Virus record (IMG/VR): IMGVR_UViG_3300011008_002712
Strand: one strand, 5' to 3'
From: a virus
Taxonomy: Duplodnaviria; Caudoviricetes
DNA length: 64,000 nt
A program made the translations under genes and the position numbers. Shown here one piece after another: positions 42,101 to 51,600 of the stretch; within the stretch, counting starts at the first letter, position 1, and the number at the start of each line of letters is the position of its first letter. The notes below the pieces were generated by a model. That model ran no database searches. It was given only the letters and a program-made list of their open reading frames with translations, and was not told where the DNA came from.

Positions 42101-45100
42101 CAGTTGCCAGTACAGCTGTCGTCAGCAATGTCACAAACATTGAATCTTCTTCTGTTTTTGGCTTTTTAACCATTTTTACTTTTGCATCACCAGATGCTAA
42201 AAATGACAAAAAATCTACGACGCTATCTTTATCACTTCTTTTAGAATAATCATTTATAGCATCTCCTAATGTTATTGTCCCAGCTAAAATAGAAGCAATG
42301 ATAGCAGCTTTTTTTGTAGAACTAATACCTTCAAATGCATTTACTATACCAGCAATTAATCCTCTTTCAGAAGCTTTTGGAGCAGATGTTATCAATCTAC
42401 TCGGAAGAGAAATTAAAAGACGAAGCAATTTTCCTCCTCCAAGCATTGCGAGTTTTCCAGTAGTATATAGTCCAATAGATGATAAAATAGGATGCTGCTT
42501 AGCAAAATCAATCATGCTTCTCCCAATTTTAGTATCTCCAAACCAGCTAAATAATTGTGAAAATTTATCAACAAATAATTTAACTTCTTTTTCTATCCAT
42601 TGAACAAAACTTCTAATTGAACCAGCAAAAGCATTATGTAATATAAATGCAATGTTATTGATATGAGACGCATAAGTGCTTTCCATTTTATGTGTTTCTG
42701 CCAATTGATTTGCAGATTTTTCAATAGAATTTGTATAATCTCTTGTGACTTCAGATGTAGTAACATTTTTATTTTGTGCAATACCTTTTAATTTATCTTT
42801 TAATTCATCTAATCTTCCCTCTTGAGCCATATATAAAGACATAGAAATATCTTTTTCTGAGAATCCATTTTCTTTCAGTCCTTTTGCAAAAGTGAATTGT
42901 CCAATAGAAGTATCTATCCCACCATATAAATTGATTTGTGCCCACATTCTATCAAACATTACATCATAATATTTATCATTAACTTTTCCAAAACGATCAG
43001 TAGAAATTAATCCATCTTTAAATGCGGAAAATACATTACCTTCTCCAGAGAACATATCGAAAAATATATTTTTACTCCAATTGGATTGTTTTCCCATATT
43101 CCATCCAGATACAGCTTTACCAACATTTTGTGATAAAGATAACGCATCTTCTATTAACATATTTCTATCTTTCAATAAAGACGTTATAATATTATGTGCT
43201 CTAACTTCAGAAAAACCAAGATTTCTATATGTTGATGCTAATGGTGTAACTATCTTTGAAAAAGATTCAACAGAAACATTATTTTGTATTGCTGTAATTT
43301 CCATTGATTTAAAATGTTTGACTGTATCTTCTGCTGACATTCCAAGGTCTTTATAAAAAACCTTTATATTCGTCAACAATGTTGAATCAGACATTCCATA
43401 TATTTCTTTCATTTGAGTAAATTCTTTAGCAAAATACTGCATATCTTTGGCAGCTTGTTCTGGATTAGAATTATATTGGCCACCAACATAATTAAACAAA
43501 GAAACATATGTACGTGTTATTTCTGGAAAATCTATCATTCCAAAAGATTTTTCATATAAATCTTGAGCGCTATAAAAAGATAAATCATTTTCTCTATCTA
43601 AATTGATATTCGCTCCATGAGCTATATCTGTCTTTGCTATTGAAGCGCGCAATTCACCTTGTTGATTCATTTTATCGATAGATTTCGCTATTGCTTTAAA
43701 CGGATTAAGAAAATCCAATATTGTCGATCCACCGAACATCATAGCTGTAGAACCAGCAAAAAATAGCAATGCATTTTTACTAGAATTAAAAACATCTTTT
43801 ATAGCTTTTGAAAAAGAAACGCTAATTTCTTTTACATTTTTCATTTTTTCTCTAGAATTATACAATTCTTTTCGTTCATTTTTAAATTTCTTTAAAATTG
43901 AAGATTCTGGATCAATTTTTTCTAATGCATCAATTAGAATATTATAATTTTCAACTAATTGTTCTACATTTTTTGTATATTCTTCAACAACAACTACATC
44001 AGATTTAGATAAATCAAAAAACATCCCTTTGGACATGTTTAATGAATTAATCATAGAAATTTGTTCTTTAGCAACTTGAGATAAAATATTACCAACATTA
44101 TTTAATGATTGCTCAGCTAAATTATCATCTTTTGTATTCAAAGATTTATGATATACATCTAGCCCATCTTTCAGAGTTTTTTGGGCTTGATGCATCATAT
44201 GTTGATAATTTCTATTTTTTTGATAAAATAATTCTCTATTGCCAAAACCAAATAAATGCTGCCTTGCAATATCAGCTATAGAATTATTAGAAAACCTGTC
44301 ATTTTGCAATTCTTGTACAATTCTATCAGTTGAATCTGGTAACAAAGCCATTTTTTTAATTTGATCTGGAATTTCATTAACTAATGGCTGGTCAAAAAAT
44401 TTCTGTTCTCCAAAACTGATTATATTACCATTATTATCTTTTAACGTTTCATATAATTTACTCTTTATTTGTTTATTCTGTAAATCTAAATCGTTTGATA
44501 TATAATCTTGTTCTAATTCATCATTCGTATTTATAGAATCTATCAACCTAACAGTTTTTTCTATATTTTCATATGATAATTCAAATATTCTAGATGCATT
44601 ATCATTAAATACGTTCAATTGATCTTGCAAAACATTTGGAAGCTGATCATAATTTGCATAGTCTTTAATATAACTTAATAAATTTTTGTAATTATATGCT
44701 AATGTTTCATCGATTGCGTTAATTGTATTATTAAAATTGCTTCTAAGTTGAGGATTATTTATATTTCGTAACGAATGATTAATTTGACTTTTTACATTAT
44801 ATACTAAATCGTGAAGTCCTTTTAAATAATCTACTAAATCTATTTCATTTCTCTGATCACTATTAAATAATGAAACTTTTTGTTGTATTTTTTTTATTCC
44901 ATCATTAATTGATTCAACTGAATTTAATACTTTTCTTGTTGGAGAAAGCAAATCTTCGTCAAGGATTACTTTTGGATTAGCTGTATCTTTTTTTATTTTT
45001 TCTAAATCACTTTTATATGCATTTAATGATTCTATTAATCCATTAACATCGAATTTATTTTTGTCACGAGGATGAGATGTAACATTATAAGAACCAAATC

Positions 45101-45611
45101 TCGGCCCCAAATGCAATTTTTTATTATTTTCAATATTATCAAGTTTTATTAAATTCGCATTAATAGAACTAATAGTATCTGACAAAGTTCTCTTTATTGA
45201 CAATATATTAGATTGATTAACAAGAGAATTGATCAATAAATCTATTTCATTATCATCAATAACAGAAATATTTCTTAGTTTTAGCTCTTGATTTTTTCTT
45301 TTTGCTTTATCAAATGATTGTCTTATAATATCAAAGGTTTTTGTAATTTCTTGAGAGATTTTTGTTTTTGTTTCATCTGAAGTTATATTTACAACTAACT
45401 TAGGAATATCAGAAAGAGATGCATCTGCATCTTGCAGTGCATTAACCATAATTTCATATAATTCTTTTACTTCTTCAGCAGAAACATCTTGAAGTTTTTG
45501 AAGCAATTCGATTTGCGCTTTTTCGCTTTGATCTTTGAATTCTGTTATTTTATTTTCTAATTTTCGTTTTGCTTCGTTTATTTCTTTCTGATAATCATTT
45601 TTTGATTTCAC
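39114..45611 (-). CDS. Tape measure-like protein 2 with SLT followed by C39-like peptidase
   Basis: PRLVAAVIKNESG..GLMQLMPETA..AAYNWG; SACGPTALAM..GHFIT..VHDP; core shared with the other two. Confidence 0.82.
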   Translation of the reverse strand: MKSKNDYQKEINEAKRKLENKITEFKDQSEKAQIELLQKLQDVSAEEVKELYEIMVNALQDADASLSDIPKLVVNITSDETKTKISQEITKTFDIIRQSFDKAKRKNQELKLRNISVIDDNEIDLLINSLVNQSNILSIKRTLSDTISSINANLIKLDNIENNKKLHLGPRFGSYNVTSHPRDKNKFDVNGLIESLNAYKSDLEKIKKDTANPKVILDEDLLSPTRKVLNSVESINDGIKKIQQKVSLFNSDQRNEIDLVDYLKGLHDLVYNVKSQINHSLRNINNPQLRSNFNNTINAIDETLAYNYKNLLSYIKDYANYDQLPNVLQDQLNVFNDNASRIFELSYENIEKTVRLIDSINTNDELEQDYISNDLDLQNKQIKSKLYETLKDNNGNIISFGEQKFFDQPLVNEIPDQIKKMALLPDSTDRIVQELQNDRFSNNSIADIARQHLFGFGNRELFYQKNRNYQHMMHQAQKTLKDGLDVYHKSLNTKDDNLAEQSLNNVGNILSQVAKEQISMINSLNMSKGMFFDLSKSDVVVVEEYTKNVEQLVENYNILIDALEKIDPESSILKKFKNERKELYNSREKMKNVKEISVSFSKAIKDVFNSSKNALLFFAGSTAMMFGGSTILDFLNPFKAIAKSIDKMNQQGELRASIAKTDIAHGANINLDRENDLSFYSAQDLYEKSFGMIDFPEITRTYVSLFNYVGGQYNSNPEQAAKDMQYFAKEFTQMKEIYGMSDSTLLTNIKVFYKDLGMSAEDTVKHFKSMEITAIQNNVSVESFSKIVTPLASTYRNLGFSEVRAHNIITSLLKDRNMLIEDALSLSQNVGKAVSGWNMGKQSNWSKNIFFDMFSGEGNVFSAFKDGLISTDRFGKVNDKYYDVMFDRMWAQINLYGGIDTSIGQFTFAKGLKENGFSEKDISMSLYMAQEGRLDELKDKLKGIAQNKNVTTSEVTRDYTNSIEKSANQLAETHKMESTYASHINNIAFILHNAFAGSIRSFVQWIEKEVKLFVDKFSQLFSWFGDTKIGRSMIDFAKQHPILSSIGLYTTGKLAMLGGGKLLRLLISLPSRLITSAPKASERGLIAGIVNAFEGISSTKKAAIIASILAGTITLGDAINDYSKRSDKDSVVDFLSFLASGDAKVKMVKKPKTEEDSMFVTLLTTAVLATVGLSFLKRGKIPTNMNTMSNSSLTRWQKIKSFFTNRQTHSGLPPLPQPGAKMSSAQRRLIYQNRRQYMQQLEQQRIAKEQAMQQARLGGTSWGGAAKTLGRNAIWGAGFELAESIATGEDFSMKDVAVNTAKMTVGELVGSTLLGGITSAVASRVGIRNPAAATNMARNIGGFLGIAAINIPFMNNSMFSQAEASETPQQYDLHHDQYNYLLEQQNIIAQNKSSETKNIDENEGKNFIDKYTGINNRKFEVVLAKESTFAQTKSFADAAMKLGLSNREFESIVAMSLLNHNIEWQKLNDDQKGYWFKKYQEYLKIYGDNQFAIMQASKDLSKNPTGDSNLIKKQISEQLKKEWDNDDNVKGSWFQRMSQDERYNEATRNKYEFISNYYYHSQENANDENSYWFKQANVYHAQAEEDNLNQYIKSLWNSWHGKEKKSNDLSGVTADELKAMAKYYAEQNVLLAEHEYMVVKGQERWKEEEEKLKNFNSSGNLAGLETNALSGDALEIAKNEHPEIYKLIIKYSNMYNVDPRLVAAVIKNESGFVHDRGSSAGAYGLMQLMPETAEYLGVDRMDMEQNVMGGTKYLAQNIQQYNGDILSVLAAYNWGSGNLSKTNFSSTHDMSVLPQETRNYINNILSSIGGEKQTYSLPSSQSSSVELANQVDPSGNQIRYTKLADGTLVPLYGQYWDGGTYDTLNGTGNSMGQSACGPTALAMALSNMTGRYITPRDVADWSTKQGFHEGFGMSHEAFAAAKYQYGVGFHKGTKEEALRALKNNIPVVVGASAGSYFTQNGHFITYAGLRSDGSVIVHDPNDTYTQSRVNETISDSELWRDDFDYWIPDETKKGATQFGGATPELNTQQIVSSKTAKEQIENADAIMKRMAQSKGRGVIASGALVDDMYVDPNKKVVTLDEQRKKIREKYGIYDTKDTDADKQLKKDLRAQIDMEFDKIDEIREAIKLNPELIPKKHFKEAIEIIKNIAEKYMNNVEISADCVIN

Positions 45612-45648
45612 AAAAATCTCTCCCAGTTTTATTCTTTATAAAAAAATA

Positions 45649-45677
45649 AAAAGAGAGTAATTGATTAACTCTCTTTT
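45649..45677 (-). terminator. Intrinsic terminator overlapping the TMP1 stop
   Basis: aaaagagagt...actctctttt inverted repeat, then T-rich on the minus strand. Confidence 0.65.
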
Positions 45678-48600
45678 AAGGATTTACTGCCGCATGATGT
45701 GACATTCTTACATATTGAGCTTGCTCGCCCTCTTTCAAACGAGTTGTTTCATCTATGCTATGACCCATTCTTGTCATTGCTTGAATAACCCACTGTTTTG
45801 TGACACCGCCACCAATTACATTCATAGCAATACTTACACTATGCTTTTCATCTAAATCATTTTGAAAATCTTCTTCTAATCTTTCATTTGTTGGTGTTTC
45901 ATATCGTCTAACACTTTCTTGCAGCCATGCATCACTATCTAGAACAGCTTTGTCAGAATTTTCTAAATCGGATATTTTGTCTTGATTATATGTTATTTTA
46001 CCCCAAGATTCCTTATGATCTTTTCTGAATTTATTTTCCATATTTTCTATCATCTTGGCGCCGCTTGTATCAAATTGCTCAAATTGTTTTTTATCTTTGT
46101 TCCAAGAAAAATATCCTTGTGTATTAAATCCATATAAACTTGATTCTTGTGCTCCAGATGATAAATTTAAACGATTTTTTACGCCTGTTGGAGTCATATA
46201 TACATCTCTATCTCTAAAAGAAGCTGTTGTTCCGTCTAATATTAAACGACCAGTTGCAAATTTATCTCTATAGTTAGTCATTGCCCCAACTTCTTTGGAC
46301 ATCCTATCTGTTATGCTTTTTTTCGCAGCATCTACAGTGCCTGCCAAATCAGTATTAAAATCATCATTTGTATTTTTATTACTTGAAGCTCCGGATAAAG
46401 CATCTACGTCTGGAGCTGATGCACCTGGTGTACCAAAACCTCCAAAATTTGTTCCAGCATTAGGACCTTCCCATTGTTCTCCAGCAGCAGATATATCAAA
46501 ATGGTCGCCTTCCCAATTCATTCCAAGTCCAAGACTATTGCCATATTTTATAAACTCTTGACCAAGCGAACCCATCGTTCCATCAGCATTTACAAGATAA
46601 CCTCCTTGCAAACCTTCTGGCCCATACCAATCGTTAACATCGACCTTCCATCCAGCGTCATGACCAGTTGGAGAACCATTACTTGAATGATCACCATCTG
46701 TTCCAGCTGTAATGACAAGTTTATGTCCGGTTTTATCAGCAAACCATTTTCCTAATGCATCCATAGCACTAAGAGTTTGCTGCTGCATGCCTTCAGTTGA
46801 TACGCTACTACGTTGTCTTACCCAATATTTATTTTCGCCAGAACCAGGAATAGATAAATCAAAATTATTTGCCTGCATTTGAGAAACATTTTTTGCTGTT
46901 CTGTTTATTCCATCAGAACGATCTTGATTGTCGCTTTCAGCATTATTCCCTTCTTCTTTTAAAATTGATTGTGGATATTTTTCGCTTGCATGCAAACCAG
47001 CGAATTCTGTTGTTGATTCAACCAAAGAATTAATATCTGATTTAGAACCATCAAAATACATTGGGCTAAAATAGTCATCAATAAATTGACTTTGTTTTGT
47101 ACCAAATTCTAATCTTTGTTTATACTCTCCCATGTCAACAGTAGACGACATGTCATTAACGAATTTTTCTTTTTCAGCATTTGTAAATCTATCAGTTGTA
47201 CCAAATGAAGCTATTCTCTTCCACATATTGTCTATTTGAGAATCTGTTACTTGATTACCCTGACTGTCACTAACAAAAGTTGAACGCATCCAATCGGTAA
47301 ATTTTTCTTTACCACTTGATAATTCTTTATAATCGCCTTTTTTTATTTTTTCCCAATCTATTCCGCTACTATTCAGTCCAAAACTTAATGCTTCTTTAGC
47401 ATATTGTTTTGCTGTTCTATCTTGATTTCCAAATCCTTCCATACTTTCATCTGTAGACTGCAAAGCTACTCGATAATATCGTAAATTATCTTTAATGTTA
47501 GTGGCGTCTTTAAATCCTTCTTGCAATGCTTTCAATCTTCTTTGAGGATCATCATATGTTTCTTCCCACTCTTTTTTATGCATTTGTGCAGTATGTTCAG
47601 CAGAAAGATATGCAGCAGAAATATCACTATAATTTAACTGTTTCAACTGATTAAACAAATCATCCATATATCTTTGCTGATCTTTCGTTAGATTCTCCAT
47701 TTTAACGCCATGAGCTTCTAAATTATCTTTTGCCGCGCGGGCACGATTATCATTACTATTTATCAAACTGTTAGTATCTTTTGTATATTTTCCAGAAGCC
47801 CATTTAGACGCATCAAGATATTTATCTCCCATCATTCTGCCGTCTTCGTCAGATATTTTAAATATTTTTTTAAGCCGATCTCCTGCAAGTCCTCCAAGAT
47901 ATCCACCAGCAGCAGCTCCTACAAATGTGCCAACTGGTCCAACAAGACTTCCAACGGCTCCACCTACTAACATTCCAGCTGTTTGAGATGCAGCAGATAT
48001 GCCAAATCTTCCAATTCTTTCTTTTGTTGTAAACTTATCCGGATTTTCATAATAATCCATTAATTCTGTAGCTCCAGCAGATAAAACTCCAAGTGCTGCA
48101 GTTGTTTTTCCACTTGCTTTTAAAAAGTCTTTTGCATTTGCAAGTCTTCCAGAAGATGCATATTGCCGAGCATTCGTTTCAGCTTGAACAGCAGATGAAC
48201 TACTTGTTGTCTGAGGATTATATCTTTGTCCATTAGAAGTAGGTATTACTGGAGGGATATTAGCATTTGACATTCGTCTATTAGCATATAATCCAGCTAA
48301 GCCAACAGCTCCAGTTCCAAGCAACATTGCTGTTGCATAACCTGGCATTCCGTTATGTTCAGACAATAATCTCGCTTCATCTCTTTGCCTTATAGCTTCA
48401 AAATCTTGTTCTGAAGCTATAGCAACATTCGATTCAATTTTATCATCTTGATCTTTTATTTTTTGATGAGTTTCATTATATGTTTTTTGATATTCATCTA
48501 TTATTTGTTGTTCTTCTGCGCTTATTTGTCCGTCTAAAATTTCATTTGTTTGTTCATCATTTGCTATTTGGTTATCTGTATTTTGATCTTGACGTGTTGC

Positions 48601-51600
48601 TTGTTCTTGAATAAAACTTGTTTGTGCACTTTTTTCAGCTTTTTTATTATTATTTGATTCATTTGGAACTAGCTGTGCTTTAAAATCTCCAGATGTAAAT
48701 ATATTATAAAGTCCAGTAAAAAGTCCAGAAACAGTATCTGATATATCGGAAAAAGTTTGTGTTTTGGAAAAAGCAATGCCTCCTCCTAAAACAGCTCCAG
48801 CTCCAAGAAGTTTTCCCCATCCAGGTATTGAATTAACAACTTTTGCTCCAGTGCTAAGTTTAGATGGATCTTTAAATATGCTATACTTTGTCAATTCTCC
48901 TAAAATTTTAACACCTTTTACTCCCGCACCAGCGGCTGCTAATCCTCCCAATCCAGCTAATGCAAGTCCTCCTGGAGACATATCTCCTAAAAAGTTACCA
49001 ATTGCTTGCCCAGTACTAGAAGAAGAAAATTTCTTTAATTCTTTTATTAGTAATTCTACAGAAGAAACAAATCCAGTTAGTAGATCGTCAAATCCTTTTC
49101 TTAAGTTACTAAGAGGTTCTTGCAAATCACTATGAATTACTTCGCCAAGATGTTTTTCAGCCAATGCTACAGAAGTTTGTGCTTTAGTTATTTCAGAAAC
49201 TTGATTTCCAGAAGCTTCAATCTTTTGTCTAGCTTCTGACATAGCATTTTTAAGTCCTTCTTCACTGTTTTCTTTCTCTTCATCAGCTTCTTTCAATAAA
49301 TCCTCAAATAGCTGCATATCATTATTAAGATAAGCATCTCCAAGCATTGAAACCGATCTTTGAGAATACCCACGTTTAGATAAAGTGTCCATTAATAACG
49401 AAGCACCAAGATAAGAACCTGGACCTCCTCCAATGCCACCCATCATTCCAGCTTCAAAAAACAGTCTTTGCGCCATAGTGGAATAATATTCTTGATTTAT
49501 ATTTCCATCGCTTCTTACTGGCATCATTCCAGAGACTATATTACCAAAAATATCTCCACCTTGACCAGCCATAATGCCATAAAATCCAGATGCACCCCAA
49601 TCATTAAATCCCATGTTTCTTCCAGCATGAGCAGTATCTGTTAATAGTTGTGAAGCATCTTCTATACGCATTCCTCTTCCAGTCAAATCACGTATAAATT
49701 GTTGAATTTTTTCTCCTTCAACACCATATTCACGTAAACTTGACATCATGCTAGTCATATTGTTTATATATTGACTAACTGGGATACCTGCAGCTTGAGC
49801 TGAACGAGCCATTTGGACTAACGCATAACTTGCTTGGTCTGCCGAGTGTCCCAAATCTTTATAATATGTTTTCATGAAAGATGAAACATCATTTTCATTC
49901 AAACCATACATCTGAGCTATACCAAAAGTGTTGGTAGTTATTTTGTCCATGTCTGCACGAGACTGACTTGGATCCATGCCATAATGTCCACCAACATTTC
50001 TTCTCATTGCTATAGCATAATTTTTGACTTGATCCCAACCAATTTGTCCTTGTGACAATTTATAGTATTCATCTGCCATAGTATCAACGTAAAAATTATT
50101 TCTACTTTCGTTAATACTATTACCGATAGCAAAATCACTTTTTGCTAATTCATATCTATAAATTCCAGAACGTTTTTCTGCTTCAAAGCCTCCGCCGACA
50201 ATTTGTAAAAGATTTCCAAGAGTAGGCGCTAGCATTCCTAATCCCATTAAGCCCATGCCGCCAACAAACAATCCATGTGCTTTTTTAACGCCAGACACGG
50301 CTCCGCTCAAAACATCTTTTACATCAAAAGAATCATCTTTTATGTCTTTAATACTATTTGCAGTAGATGATAATTCGTTATTTATGTTTTTTAGCGTTTG
50401 AAGAGATTCATGTTGCGGATCGATAGCCTCAATAGCAGAAATTGCATCTCGCAAACTAGCAGCAGCATTATCAGATGATTTAAGAAATGAATCTAATGTT
50501 CCTTTATCATTTTCATTTAATAATTTATACTGCCCACGATGCAAATTAATATTTTTTAATCCTTCTAAATGAGCTTTAGCATTAGCTTCAACAGAATCAG
50601 CCAATGAACGTAATGTTTTTTTAGTATGTTCGCTATCTCCAGCAGCTCTAAATGCATCTAATTGTGTTTGTACTTTGGATAATTGCTCACCAGCTACAAA
50701 ATTAGTTCTTTGAGCATTTCTAACATTTCCCTTAAATAATTCTCTATTATTTAAAAAATTTCCTGGCAAATATCTATATAGCCCTGGAATTGAAACTCGA
50801 CTCATTTCTAATTCTGCAGATGTCATATGACGCATAACATTTGCTAAATCATTTTGTGAAGCATTAACTCCGCCAATAGATGTTTTGGTAAACATGTTAG
50901 ATATATCAAGATTAACTTGATTATATTCTTCTGTCCCGGCTATACTTGCATTTTTTATTTTTTGCTCATTTTGTTGATTTGCTTTTTCTATTAATCCAGA
51001 AAGTTCTTTTCTAAAATTATCTAATGTTAAATTTACAATTTCATTAAATTTTACGTTTTCATTTTTAATAGAAGTAACTATTCTAGATATTTGTTCGAAA
51101 TTTCCGCTTTCACTCAACAATTTAGCAAATGTCAACGATATATTTGATTGAGATTCATTTATTGATTCTGCAAATTTTTGAATCTCTGTCAATGTTGACA
51201 TATAAATATCTAAATTATTATCTTTATCGTCAATATTATTTAATTCATTAATAATTTGAATTAATTGCGAAGAAGCAAATGACAAACCTTTAACATTATC
51301 TGGATCTAATAATTCATCTATTGATTGAACGTCATGTGATTGAACAGCTGATGATAATTGATTAATGACATCGCTTACATTTGCGGCTACATATCCACCA
51401 ACATTTTTAAAAAAATTTTTTGCTATTTCATCTACATTTTCAAATGTTTTTGCTGATTCTTGGTATTGTTCTCTCAACAAACGAATCATATCAGCATTTT
51501 GCTGAGCCATTTGTTGCATATTCTGTGCATCAGATGCAATAGCTTCTGCACTATCTGCAGATGTTTGAGCTATGTTTTCTGCTGCCTGACCAAAAGTTTG

